Shown one piece after another: positions 29,759-39,694 of a stretch of DNA of 56,547 nt. The notes under the pieces are model-generated. The model did not search any database, was not told the origin of the DNA, and worked only from the letters and a program-made list of their open reading frames with translations. The stretch is from an uncultured virus (IMG/VR IMGVR_UViG_3300037067_004615) (taxonomy: Duplodnaviria > Heunggongvirae > Uroviricota > Caudoviricetes). A program made the position numbers and the translations under genes. The stretch is taken from IMG/VR virus record IMGVR_UViG_3300037067_004615. The stretch is one strand, 5' to 3'. Each line of letters opens with the position of its first letter. Within the stretch, counting starts at the first letter, position 1.

Positions 29759-30868
29759 ATGTCACAAGACCCTAACCAAAGAAGAAGAAATTTAGAGGAT
29801 GAGAATAGCGAAATGGAACCTACAAAATCACGATTTAATGTTGGTATGATTGCACCTGTGCTGATTTCGGTAGTACTTTCACTTGTGTTAGTGTATTTAT
29901 TGTTTAATCCTACTCAAAAAATGGCATCAAAAGATGTTGAAGCGAGACTTACTACTGCACAAACTGAAATGACAAAAAAAGTTACTGACTTAGTTGCACC
30001 TTATGCGAATTTAAAGGATGAAATAACAACCGCCAATAAGAAACAGATCGAGGTCGCTTTATCTAATGTACCTAGTTCTGCCGACGTTATTAATGCGAAA
30101 AGTCTAGCGGATAATGCAATAAAAGTTGCCGATAATGCAAAAAATCAAGCAGATTCATCTTTAAATATGGCGAATAGTGCTTTGTCAGAAACGAATAACT
30201 TGAAACAGTCAGTATCGGCATTGCAACAATCTGTAAAAACCACGACCGACAATACGGCTGTTATTAGTAGTTTACAAAGTGATCTCGTAACATTAAAAAC
30301 GACAGTAACTACACAGGAATCAAAAATAAAAGCGTTGCAAACTGTTGTTGATGAATTGGGTGGTGACTCTACTACTATTACAGATGATGGTGATACCGTA
30401 ACAACTAATGATATATCAATTAAAGTAACTAGCGGTTCACGAGTAATTCTTGGTAATGTAGGGAATACTTTTGCCGCACCCTATAATACAGATGCAAACT
30501 ATACATCATTAAAATTTAGACTGACTAATAAATCCAATGTGGATGTTACGATATATGAATTAAAATTAAACCTTTCACGTTATAAGTATAATGGTTCATC
30601 AAACCTTGAAGATTATGACTTTGAAATTTCGCCCAATGCAACATTCGCTGCTGGTAAAACGTGTTTCTATACAGATAGTTCAAGTTCTAGTAAAGCGGTC
30701 TTAATATCTTCAACTACTTATGATATAGGTGCTAATGACTACCTTGATGTGACTGTTTATATCAGGGCAAAATTCAACTCAGGTTACGATGACTTTGACT
30801 CGAATACAACTTATTATCTAAGATTAACACCTTCAATGTCAATTACTGATTGGGATACAAACGATTAG
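29759..30868 (+). CDS. membrane-anchored protein with coiled-coil stalk and beta-rich head (spike-like)
   Basis: GGAGG SD; one N-terminal TM, long heptad region, beta-strand C-terminal domain. Confidence 0.7.
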   Translation: MSQDPNQRRRNLEDENSEMEPTKSRFNVGMIAPVLISVVLSLVLVYLLFNPTQKMASKDVEARLTTAQTEMTKKVTDLVAPYANLKDEITTANKKQIEVALSNVPSSADVINAKSLADNAIKVADNAKNQADSSLNMANSALSETNNLKQSVSALQQSVKTTTDNTAVISSLQSDLVTLKTTVTTQESKIKALQTVVDELGGDSTTITDDGDTVTTNDISIKVTSGSRVILGNVGNTFAAPYNTDANYTSLKFRLTNKSNVDVTIYELKLNLSRYKYNGSSNLEDYDFEISPNATFAAGKTCFYTDSSSSSKAVLISSTTYDIGANDYLDVTVYIRAKFNSGYDDFDSNTTYYLRLTPSMSITDWDTND

Positions 30869-30905
30869 TAGTTCCTTACGGTGGTATTGGATAACCGTCA
30901 TGGAT

Positions 30906-30954
30906 GGGGACGCAGACGATAATTTAGTTAGTCTGTTAGTCCCCTTTCAATTTT
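30906..30954 (+). terminator. long hairpin followed by T-rich tract
   Basis: ggggac-gcagac...gtctgt-ta-gtcccc then tttcaatttt. Confidence 0.55.
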
Positions 30955-30959
30955 AAAAG

Positions 30960-31088
30960 ATGTTTAACTTTGATTTTAAACTTAATATATTCGATATCCT
31001 CATGAAACAGTTCCACGGTTGGGGCGTTTTCTTCATCATCATTTTATGCATTATTGTCATCGTTGCGTTCCTGAAAAGAAAAACTTGA
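30960..31088 (+). CDS. 42-aa single-TM peptide (not in ORF track)
   Basis: MFNFDFKLNIFDILMKQFHGWGVFFIIILCIIVIVAFLKRKT; no clear SD. Confidence 0.45.
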   Translation: MFNFDFKLNIFDILMKQFHGWGVFFIIILCIIVIVAFLKRKT

Positions 31089-31113
31089 CAAACTAGCAAA
31101 AATAGTATATAGT
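31085..31113 (+). promoter_or_regulatory. sigma70-type promoter
   Basis: TTGACA-17-TATAGT. Confidence 0.7.
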
Positions 31114-31141
31114 ACGTATAATACTTTTGAGGGTGATGAAA

Positions 31142-31267
31142 ATGAAATGCCCATTTTGCAGTTCAACTAAATTAATAAAACACGGTGTTGCGTACAATAA
31201 GAACGGTAAAACACAGAGGTACTTTTGTAAAAAATGTCGTAGGGATACGATTAACCCAGTTAAATAA
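31142..31267 (+). CDS. 41-aa IS1 InsA-like zinc-ribbon miniprotein (not in ORF track)
   Basis: MKCPFCSSTKLIKHGVAYNKNGKTQRYFCKKCRRDTINPVK; GAGGGTG SD. Confidence 0.75.
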   Translation: MKCPFCSSTKLIKHGVAYNKNGKTQRYFCKKCRRDTINPVK

Positions 31268-31297
31268 TAAGTGTCATGGTGGGAAGGTGATTTGCGG

Positions 31298-33571
31298 ATG
31301 AAAAAGTGTTCTAATAAAGTATATCATGGGTTATTAAGGGTATTACTTGTTGCTGTTATGCTTTGTATAATTGGTTTTAACCCAGTTATACTAGTTTTTG
31401 CAGATGGCCCCCATACTGTTGATACTTCGCTTGGTTCAGATTATGATTCAAATAACATACAGCACTTAAATTTTTATGCAAAGAATTTACATTGGGTTTT
31501 TTATATTAACGCAGATTATTCGTTTGTAGTTTACAAAACGAGTGAAGATGCAACAACGTGGTCAGATGCTATTACAGTTACAAATTTGGAAGTTGCATAT
31601 TTTGATTTTGACGTGTATTCAAATGGGAATGATGTTGTCTACGCTATATCAAAAGTAACTGGCTCAACTTATAGTATTTACACCAGGAAAGGAACTTTAA
31701 GTATTGACGGTACTATAACTTGGGCGGATGACGAACAATTAGTTTATAATACGGTTGGTGGTAACAAAGAAGTTTCAGTTGCTCTCGATACAGATGGATA
31801 CACTTGGGTTTCGTGGGAAAGAACAGTAGCTACTGTTTATACCTCTAAAACTTCAACTAATGATGGGACTTGGACTACAGCCGATGGTTTTCCTTATGAA
31901 ACTATATCGACATCTGATTCATACGGAACATTTACTATTCCATTAACTTCTGGAAAGATGGCAATTGTTGGCTCTACGGGTTATACTTCTCAGAAAAAAA
32001 TGAGAATAAGAACATGGAATGGCGCATCATGGAATAATATGGTAGAAACAACAAATACGAGCCACGACTGGGATCATTGTGGGGCGACTGCTGTAGGTGA
32101 TGATGTTTACTTTGTTTTTGGTCATTTAGCTACAACAATGGAAGCATATTTTGCTATTTATACTTATGCTTCAAATTCTATCACTACTGAATCTAAGATA
32201 TTTACATGGACTGGTACTACTTCATCTCATCCTAAAAGTCTTTGTATGGGTAGAGACAATATCACAAATGATTTTTATTTATTTTGGAATAACGACCCCG
32301 ACAATAACCATATTTATTACTTAAAATACACTTTTGCGACTTCAACATGGGATGCCAATGCGACTGATTTAGTGACTGAAAACGCAGTTTATTATGTAAC
32401 CGCCAGTCAACCAATTTCCGACGTTGTAGGTATTAAATATCGTATTAATGGTAGTACTGGTTATGATCAAATATATTATTATTTAGGTGGTACTCCAACT
32501 TCTCCACCTGACCCACCGACAAATGTATCGGCAACATCTAACTTAACTGATAGAGTCACTATTACATGGACTAAAAGTGTAGGTGCGACTAACTATCATG
32601 TGTGGCGAGGCACGACAGACTTAGGTGATGCGGGTGATGTTGCAACATTTGACGATACGCCCGCATTAGGATGTGCAACTCCAACAATAACAGTAGGAAC
32701 TGCTACAGCTTCTAACGGTTCATCAACTAGCGAAGTAACCTTAGTCTTAAATTCTAGTTCGGTATCAGATGGTACTCAATATACTTATACAGTAGTGGCT
32801 TCAAATGAAGTTGGCAGTTCATCAGCGAGTGCAGGTGACATTGGTTGGATAACTTTTGGGGCCGTATCATATCAGTGGTATCGATCAAGTGGCACATCGG
32901 ATAGCGATTTTTCAGAATTGTCAGGTGCAACTGATTATAGTGATACGGATACTACAGCGTCAGTACCTACAATTACGGCAGGTGCAACTTCTGCAAGCGA
33001 TGGGACTTATAACGTTGTAAGATTAACACTAAATGGAACGGCATTTAATAATGGGGTTTTAAAATCTTACTATTGCACAGTATCGGCAGTCGGTGCTTCA
33101 TCGGTAAGTTCCAATCACGATGCTGGTTGGATTGGCATTGGAACTCCAACGTATCAATGGCAAAAATCAGATGCAGATAGCGATGCAGATTATAACACAG
33201 ATATATCAGGTGCTACTACATCGACCTATGATTATTCAGGTGTAGCAAACTTAGCAAAGTTTTATTACAGATGTAAATTAACTGCAACAGGTGTAGCGTC
33301 TGCATCATATAGCTCTGGTAATGAGGGTTGGTTAGACTCAGATTCGCCATCACCAATATCTAGTTCAACATCGCAATTAGCGTGGTTAATCCCACTTATC
33401 ATGGTTGTATTCGTGGTTGGAGTTGTATTAAAAATGGCGAATGATAAGGGTGATACGCTAGACCAGTCCGATGGGAATAGGTCTATCGTCGTAATTGTCG
33501 TTATTGCTGTGATAATAATAATTGCAGTAGCGTTAGTTGTTGCTTCTAGTGGTGGATTAACAGGGTTATAA
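31298..33571 (+). CDS. secreted, membrane-anchored surface protein: signal peptide, propeller-like domain, FN3/Ig-like domains, C-terminal TM hairpin
   Basis: GAAGGTGA SD before ATG 31298; TSEDATTWS Asp-box-like motif; PTNVSAT...TITW; two C-terminal TMs. Confidence 0.75.
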   Translation: MKKCSNKVYHGLLRVLLVAVMLCIIGFNPVILVFADGPHTVDTSLGSDYDSNNIQHLNFYAKNLHWVFYINADYSFVVYKTSEDATTWSDAITVTNLEVAYFDFDVYSNGNDVVYAISKVTGSTYSIYTRKGTLSIDGTITWADDEQLVYNTVGGNKEVSVALDTDGYTWVSWERTVATVYTSKTSTNDGTWTTADGFPYETISTSDSYGTFTIPLTSGKMAIVGSTGYTSQKKMRIRTWNGASWNNMVETTNTSHDWDHCGATAVGDDVYFVFGHLATTMEAYFAIYTYASNSITTESKIFTWTGTTSSHPKSLCMGRDNITNDFYLFWNNDPDNNHIYYLKYTFATSTWDANATDLVTENAVYYVTASQPISDVVGIKYRINGSTGYDQIYYYLGGTPTSPPDPPTNVSATSNLTDRVTITWTKSVGATNYHVWRGTTDLGDAGDVATFDDTPALGCATPTITVGTATASNGSSTSEVTLVLNSSSVSDGTQYTYTVVASNEVGSSSASAGDIGWITFGAVSYQWYRSSGTSDSDFSELSGATDYSDTDTTASVPTITAGATSASDGTYNVVRLTLNGTAFNNGVLKSYYCTVSAVGASSVSSNHDAGWIGIGTPTYQWQKSDADSDADYNTDISGATTSTYDYSGVANLAKFYYRCKLTATGVASASYSSGNEGWLDSDSPSPISSSTSQLAWLIPLIMVVFVVGVVLKMANDKGDTLDQSDGNRSIVVIVVIAVIIIIAVALVVASSGGLTGL

Positions 33572-33599
33572 TTTAAAACTTTCAATAGTGAGGTTAAGT

Positions 33600-36131
33600 A
33601 TGAAAAAGTATTTAGTTAAATTAGGGTGGTCGTGTCTGGCATTGGTGCTGATTTTGGGGTTGGTTTTCGGTGGTTTTCAGATTGGTACGAAAACTGTAAA
33701 ATCTCCTGAAATAGCAAAACAGGTTATTGGCGATACTATGCAAGTACCTGTATTCAGAATTGGTAATCCTGTATATGGGTCAACCGCAGTCGATTACACC
33801 ATAGATGGTACAGACGATAATGTACAGTTTCAAGCGGCTATCGATGCGCTACCTTCTACAGGCGGTTTAATTCAAGTTGTTTCGAGCGGAACAATTAGCT
33901 TCTCTGCAACGGTTAGTCGGGCAATTAATAATGTCTCAATTATAGGTACTGGTTTCGGGACTTACTTTACGTACAATGCTTCTGACCCAATATTTAATGC
34001 TACCGGATTAACTGGATGGTCATTTGAAGATTTAAGAACCGATGCTGGTAGTATTACAACTGCGGCGGATACTATCTTTTCAAACGTTCAATGCGGTGCA
34101 ACAAAATATGTCTTAGCAGTCGATAAAGTAGATTATTCTGGAACATCGACCTTATCAGGATTAGTCATTGACGCCGACAAGGACATGAATGGCAAAGACC
34201 TAACCAATCTGGATGCGGTAGAATCGGCTAGTTTAAAAGCATCCTCTCTCACATCCGGTCGAGTACCTATCGCTGGTACAGGCGGTCTACTTGGGGATGA
34301 TGCAGACCTGACCTTCAGCGGGGCAACCTTGACAGCCACCAATGCCACGGTAACAACCTTATTAACTGCTAAAACTGGCCGCACTGCAACCCTGGTTGTC
34401 GCCGCCTCAAATGCAACTGCCTTGGAGAAAGCGCAGGCCGATTATGTGTGCGACGGAACGGCGGATGAGGTAGAGATCAATGCTGCGATTGCGGCTCTGC
34501 CTACTGATGGTGGGCGAATATGTCTAACCAGTGGTACTTTTTATATAGCTAATCCTTTGGTATTAAACAGAACATCATGTTGGTTGTGTGGGAGTGGGAT
34601 ATACGCTACGAATTTGAGAGCTGGGACAAACTCGATAAACGTTATTGAGATAACAGGTTGGTATAATCATGTATCTGATTTGAGGATTTATGCGGGTGTA
34701 ACAAAAACAGGTGGCGCTGGTATATACATAGCTAGTAATGCTCATACAAACATACAAAATATTTTAATGAATGGACAGTATTATGGAATCAACTGCCAAT
34801 CTAGTATACTCACAACAATGAGTGATATATCTATACGAGACTGCGTAGCCACAAATGGCATAGCGGTCTTAATTGGTGGTGCTGGGTCAGCATCTCAGGT
34901 TTTGTATAATGTATTGGCCGATCATTCTACGGTTCCGGCTGCGGGATTAAAACTAACTGAAACAGGTGATATTATTGCAATTGGTTGTGAGTTTATACAC
35001 GCATTAGACAATCTGTTGATTGCCCCTGGCAACGGAGAGGCCGTTCAACATGGTGAATTTACAGCCTGCAAATTTGATACTGCTGATGGCAACTCCATTG
35101 ACTTTAGTCCGACAGGCACAGGATATGTCAGAGGCCTAGTATTCACTAACTGTTGGTCATGTTCGGCTACCAATGAAGGAATATTAATGGGTACTGGCAC
35201 TATTGACGATATCAACTTCATCGGCCAGCGTGTGTTTTTTAATGGTAAAGAAGGTATCAAACTCAACGGTGGGATCAATATTAAATTTAACGGATTCTCT
35301 GTAGCCGGAAACTCTGCATCATCCAGCGGTACATACGATGGTATTTATGTCGCCGCAAACGTTACTAAATTTAGTTTTGTAAATGGTTCCAGTACGCAAT
35401 CAGATCAGGCTAACAACACTCAAAAATATGGCATCCTTGTAGCCGCTGGGACATCTGACTATTACAACATTTCTAACAATGATCTACACACTAACGTTAC
35501 CGGGGCATTGTCAGATGGTGGAACAGGAACACATAAGGAAATTCACGATAATGTAGGTGCTTTAGTATCTTATACTTCGCAAACATCGTTGTCATCTGCG
35601 GGTACCTATGCCTTGAAGTTATCCGGGGATACCGACGACTATTTCACTTTTGCAATAGAGTCAAACGTGCCTACCATCTATGGTACCGGGGCATACTTGA
35701 GAGTTGGAGATGCCGCCGCTACCTCTCACAGTTTAGCTTCCGAAGATGATCTGATGGTATCTGGCAAACTTGAGGTTGATGGGGGTGCATCCTTCGACAG
35801 TAATCTCAACTGTACTGCTTTTTTACAGTTGAGAAATTGGGCAGCGTTAACCCTATCGGGTGGTACAGTTACAGTAACATGTTCTGTCCATACTATAGCT
35901 GGTGAAGATGCTAGTGCAGATGCCCTTGATACTATCAATGGCGGTGTAGATGGAGCTATTCTTATAATTAGCCCATCTAGTGATACCGTTGATATTACAG
36001 TCACAGATGTCGGTAACATCGTGCTAACTGGTGCAGCGGACTTTGTTATGAGCAAAAATACAGATACTATGATGCTGATCTATTCCGGCCCGCTAACCAA
36101 GTGGTTGGAAATTTCACGATCGAATAAATAA
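33600..36131 (+). CDS. N-anchored beta-helix (pectin lyase-like) receptor-binding or depolymerase protein
   Basis: N-terminal TM; ADYVCDGTADEVEINAAIAALPTDGG cap followed by Asn/Gly-rich parallel beta repeats. Confidence 0.75.
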   Translation: MKKYLVKLGWSCLALVLILGLVFGGFQIGTKTVKSPEIAKQVIGDTMQVPVFRIGNPVYGSTAVDYTIDGTDDNVQFQAAIDALPSTGGLIQVVSSGTISFSATVSRAINNVSIIGTGFGTYFTYNASDPIFNATGLTGWSFEDLRTDAGSITTAADTIFSNVQCGATKYVLAVDKVDYSGTSTLSGLVIDADKDMNGKDLTNLDAVESASLKASSLTSGRVPIAGTGGLLGDDADLTFSGATLTATNATVTTLLTAKTGRTATLVVAASNATALEKAQADYVCDGTADEVEINAAIAALPTDGGRICLTSGTFYIANPLVLNRTSCWLCGSGIYATNLRAGTNSINVIEITGWYNHVSDLRIYAGVTKTGGAGIYIASNAHTNIQNILMNGQYYGINCQSSILTTMSDISIRDCVATNGIAVLIGGAGSASQVLYNVLADHSTVPAAGLKLTETGDIIAIGCEFIHALDNLLIAPGNGEAVQHGEFTACKFDTADGNSIDFSPTGTGYVRGLVFTNCWSCSATNEGILMGTGTIDDINFIGQRVFFNGKEGIKLNGGINIKFNGFSVAGNSASSSGTYDGIYVAANVTKFSFVNGSSTQSDQANNTQKYGILVAAGTSDYYNISNNDLHTNVTGALSDGGTGTHKEIHDNVGALVSYTSQTSLSSAGTYALKLSGDTDDYFTFAIESNVPTIYGTGAYLRVGDAAATSHSLASEDDLMVSGKLEVDGGASFDSNLNCTAFLQLRNWAALTLSGGTVTVTCSVHTIAGEDASADALDTINGGVDGAILIISPSSDTVDITVTDVGNIVLTGAADFVMSKNTDTMMLIYSGPLTKWLEISRSNK

Positions 36132-36225
36132 CCAGACTAAATCTCTCTCCCCGGCCTCAACAACCGGGAGATGAAGGAAATGGAATACACTTAAATAGAT
36201 ATTCAGTAGGGAACTAAGGAACAAT

Positions 36226-37485
36226 ATGAAAAATAAAATAAAGAAGTTACGACTATGGATATTACCAATCGTTATGATATCTGTTATTCTGATTCCTAGT
36301 TTTCTACTATACGCTGCCGATTGGAGTGGACTAACTGCTAGAAAATCACTAGGTAATCCAACAAGTTATGCATGGAATACAGTAGGGTTTGGAACTTCAA
36401 ATGCACTAGTCGTAAGTTCGGATGCAACTATAGCACCTGACGCTCCAACAAATGTTGTGGCAACAGTAAATCTAACCGATAAAGTAACTATTACATGGGA
36501 TGATTCAGCCGGTGCCACTGACTATCATGTATGGCGTGGTGCAACCGACCTTGGAAGTGCTGGTGATGTAAATACATTCGATGATACAGGTGGAGTAGGG
36601 CCGTCAATCGGAATCAATTCATCAAGTGTAAGTCAAGGAACAAATACAAGTCAAGTCGTTTTAGCCGTTGATGCGACTGGTGTAGCAGGAACAATGTATA
36701 CCTACTATGTCGTTGCCTCAAATATGGCAGGGTCATCAAGCCCTAGTGCTGGTGCAATCGGTTATCGTGCAAGCGGTTCGCTTAGTTATCAATGGTATCG
36801 TTCAAGCGGAACTGGCAACTCAGACTTCTCAGAATTAGCAGGGGCAACTACTGCAAACTATAACGATGCTACGGCAAGTGCGCCGACTATTACGGCAGGT
36901 GCAACTTCTGCAACGGATGGTACTTATAATGTAGTCCAGTTATCATTAGTCGGGACTTCTGCAAATGCAGGTGCGAATAAATATTACTACTGTTCAGTAT
37001 CAGCGTCGGACGCAACTACAGTTACGTCAACTCATTATTCTGGTTGGGTTGGGGTTGGAAGTTTAACCTATCAGTGGCAACGGTCTGCTGCCGATGCGGA
37101 TGCGGATTATTCAAATATTGGTGGTGCAACATTAGCAACTTATAGTGATGGAAGTCTTGCTTCGTTAGACAAGAGATACTTCAAATGTGTACTCAATGCG
37201 ACTGGTGCGACGGAACAAACTTCAACTGCCGATGAAGGATGGTTGGATTCAAGTTCGCCGTCACCTATCGGAAGTTCGACTAACTCGCAACTAGCATGGT
37301 TAATCCCACTTATTATGTTAGTCTTTGTGATTGGAATTGCTTTAAAACTTTCACAGGATAAGGGTGATACCTTAGACCAGTTAGATAATAACAGACAGTT
37401 GATAATTATTGTAATAATCGCTATAATAATAGTTATAGGTGTAGCATTCGTCATTAGTATGAGAGGCGGTTTAACAGGATTATAA
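36226..37485 (+). CDS. paralog of the C-terminal half of 31298..33571 (signal peptide, FN3/Ig-like domains, TM hairpin)
   Basis: Shared YHVWRG, YQWYRSSGT, EGWLDS, SQLAWLIPLI, DKGDTLDQ, GGLTGL. Confidence 0.8.
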   Translation: MKNKIKKLRLWILPIVMISVILIPSFLLYAADWSGLTARKSLGNPTSYAWNTVGFGTSNALVVSSDATIAPDAPTNVVATVNLTDKVTITWDDSAGATDYHVWRGATDLGSAGDVNTFDDTGGVGPSIGINSSSVSQGTNTSQVVLAVDATGVAGTMYTYYVVASNMAGSSSPSAGAIGYRASGSLSYQWYRSSGTGNSDFSELAGATTANYNDATASAPTITAGATSATDGTYNVVQLSLVGTSANAGANKYYYCSVSASDATTVTSTHYSGWVGVGSLTYQWQRSAADADADYSNIGGATLATYSDGSLASLDKRYFKCVLNATGATEQTSTADEGWLDSSSPSPIGSSTNSQLAWLIPLIMLVFVIGIALKLSQDKGDTLDQLDNNRQLIIIVIIAIIIVIGVAFVISMRGGLTGL

Positions 37486-37512
37486 AAAAATAAAAGTAGG
37501 ATGGTGTTTAAA

Positions 37513-37659
37513 ATGGCTAAAATTACAGCGTATTGTGTGAAGGACAAAAAGAAGGTAGAAATGAAAAACCCGGTCAAGGTTACTCTAAAAAATGGTAGGT
37601 CAGCTTACAAAGGTACTTGTCCATTCTGTAAGGGTAAAGTATTTAGAATCGGTGGATAA
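37513..37659 (+). CDS. 48-aa DUF5679-like basic zinc-ribbon protein (not in ORF track)
   Basis: MAKITAYCVKDKKKVEMKNPVKVTLKNGRSAYKGTCPFCKGKVFRIGG; AGGATGGTG SD. Confidence 0.8.
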   Translation: MAKITAYCVKDKKKVEMKNPVKVTLKNGRSAYKGTCPFCKGKVFRIGG

Positions 37660-37679
37660 AGTAAAATAGGTTGGTCAAT

Positions 37680-37709
37680 GTAGCTACGCTTAAAAACCGT
37701 GGCTACTTT
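37680..37709 (+). terminator. possible intrinsic terminator
   Basis: gtagctacg/cgtggctac 9-bp stem with one G-U pair, then ttt. Confidence 0.5.
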
Positions 37710-37733
37710 GTCAATTAAAATTAAAAAGGTAAA

Positions 37734-39482
37734 TTGATGACTAAAAAGTTTCTAAAATTTGGTTTGCCGACTTTAGCAGTCATGCTAGTCGTTTCGCTAT
37801 TGTTTGTCTGGTCGTCTTTCAGTGTTTCTGTATCTGCTAGAAGTGAACTTGTCTCTGTCTCACTAGGTCAGAGGTCTTTTGCCGCAACTTCACCTGTTAC
37901 TCAATTAATCATAGGGGGATGTGATGACGCACTATCTACTACCGATGAGTACAATACTTTGCAGGGTGGATTATTATGGACTGCAACCGCAAACCAAATG
38001 TATCAATTAGTTTCAACAGCAGGAACGATCAATAAATTTTACCTTGAGCTTTCAACCGCACCTAATTCTGGTAGTTATACTATCACCCTGATGCTAAATG
38101 GTTCGGCTACCGATTTAGCGGTCACGATTTCGGCAGGTGGTAACGCTTATGGTTCTGATACCGTCCATTCTGTTACCGTTGCCGCTGGGGATTACATTTA
38201 TCTAAGATGTACCGATTTGTCAGCAAGTGGAACACCCACAGCTAGATGGTCGTGTGAGTTTACGGGAGATAATAACGGCGAGAGCCTAATTTTGGCGCAT
38301 TCATTGGCTTACAATAATGGGACAAATTATGCACCCATTAGTCATTCCTTTAGAAGTTCGTCAATCAATAGTGCACAACATTATCAGATAATCCCAACAT
38401 CCGGTTCAATAAAAAATCTTTATGTTCTACTTAGTACAGACCCCGGCGATTCTCCATCAGATTACAAATTTACCCTCTATGTCAATGGTTCAACCTCAAC
38501 TCTGACCTGTACTATAGTGGCCGATGCTACTATAGGAAACGATACTGCTCATTCAGTTTCAGTTGTCGCTGGTGATTATGTATATTTAGCGATAATCCCT
38601 GAGAATACTCCTTCAGCAAATTTAGTTGACGTATCGTATGGTTTTACGTTTTTAGCCAGCACCGATGGTGAATCAATAATATTAGGTCAATCATCTGACA
38701 CGCCTACAAATACACAAACAGAGTACAATTACCTAAATTCCACACTATATTCAAATAAATGGTCAACAACCGAAAAGTTCCAATCTGCCCACTCTGGATT
38801 TACCTTAAAGGATTTCTACGTTAAACAATCTGACACTTCAGGTTCCGGTAAACAATGGGATTACACAATCAGGGGTGGTGGCGGTTCAACCGCTTTAACC
38901 GTTTCAATCGCAGGTGCATCGGATACCACTGGAAACGATACTGCCCACACCTATGATTTAGTTGACTATGACGACCTCGCGATTATGGCTGTACCAACTT
39001 CAACACCAACTGCGAGGCGAGTCTATTGGGGTGTAGTGTGTTATAAAGCACCTGCCGCAACTTTCGATATCTCTAATGACCCATCATCTAAAGCGTTCGG
39101 GGTGGTTAATCCTAGTTCAACTTACTATGCAAAAGGTTCCGCACCTGCAAATCCTGTTGAGTCAGGAGATTGTACTTTTACAGTTACTAATGCAGGTACA
39201 GCGTGTGACTTAGATATGAAAGTTTCGGACTTTACAGGTGGAGTAGGATGGAACATAACATCCTCAGCACCTAGTACAGACGAAGCTAGAATTACAGCGT
39301 ATTATGAAGGTCAAGACCCTGCCAGTGGGTTAGTCTTAGCTAATACCGATGCTGAATTTTATGACGGTCTAGCAGTGAGTGCGACATTAAATTGGGATTT
39401 TAAGCAGGAGACGGCATCATCGTTTTCAGATGGTGTCGGAAAAACTGCAACGATTACAATAACGGCTGTCGCTGAGGATTAA
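37734..39482 (+). CDS. secreted surface protein with three beta-sandwich repeats and a C-terminal domain paralogous to 40749..41354
   Basis: Signal peptide; G(S/N)DT(V/A)H repeated 3 times; TYY...C.FTVTN...SDF.GG...TIT.T. Confidence 0.75.
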   Translation: MMTKKFLKFGLPTLAVMLVVSLLFVWSSFSVSVSARSELVSVSLGQRSFAATSPVTQLIIGGCDDALSTTDEYNTLQGGLLWTATANQMYQLVSTAGTINKFYLELSTAPNSGSYTITLMLNGSATDLAVTISAGGNAYGSDTVHSVTVAAGDYIYLRCTDLSASGTPTARWSCEFTGDNNGESLILAHSLAYNNGTNYAPISHSFRSSSINSAQHYQIIPTSGSIKNLYVLLSTDPGDSPSDYKFTLYVNGSTSTLTCTIVADATIGNDTAHSVSVVAGDYVYLAIIPENTPSANLVDVSYGFTFLASTDGESIILGQSSDTPTNTQTEYNYLNSTLYSNKWSTTEKFQSAHSGFTLKDFYVKQSDTSGSGKQWDYTIRGGGGSTALTVSIAGASDTTGNDTAHTYDLVDYDDLAIMAVPTSTPTARRVYWGVVCYKAPAATFDISNDPSSKAFGVVNPSSTYYAKGSAPANPVESGDCTFTVTNAGTACDLDMKVSDFTGGVGWNITSSAPSTDEARITAYYEGQDPASGLVLANTDAEFYDGLAVSATLNWDFKQETASSFSDGVGKTATITITAVAED

Positions 39483-39485
39483 AAA

Positions 39486-39514
39486 TTGACATTAGGCTTT
39501 GTTTGATGTATAAT
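39486..39514 (+). promoter_or_regulatory. consensus sigma70 promoter giving a leaderless transcript
   Basis: TTGACA-17-TATAAT; ATG at 39521 is 6 nt after the -10. Confidence 0.8.
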
Positions 39515-39520
39515 TATAAC

Positions 39521-39691
39521 ATGCGAACAAAGATTAATATAGAGCAGTTGAAATTAGAAATAAGGTCAATGAACCGTCAAAGTTTATTATATCGTACTTT
39601 AAGAGATGAATTAACAGAAATGGGATTTTGGAAAGCTAGGGAAAGAGGTAACTCAAAGTTGGGTTATCAGAGGATGCGTGAGAAAATATAA
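39521..39691 (+). CDS. 56-aa basic hypothetical protein
   Basis: Start revised from 39503, which lies inside the promoter. Confidence 0.6.
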   Translation: MRTKINIEQLKLEIRSMNRQSLLYRTLRDELTEMGFWKARERGNSKLGYQRMREKI

Positions 39692-39694
39692 AGT

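Noticed and set aside
36142..36171. GC-rich hairpin after the beta-helix gene as a terminator
   Set aside because: Imperfect stem and no downstream T tract
13291..37485. Diversity-generating retroelement template/variable repeat pairs in the duplicated genes
   Set aside because: Differences are not adenine-specific and no reverse transcriptase was seen
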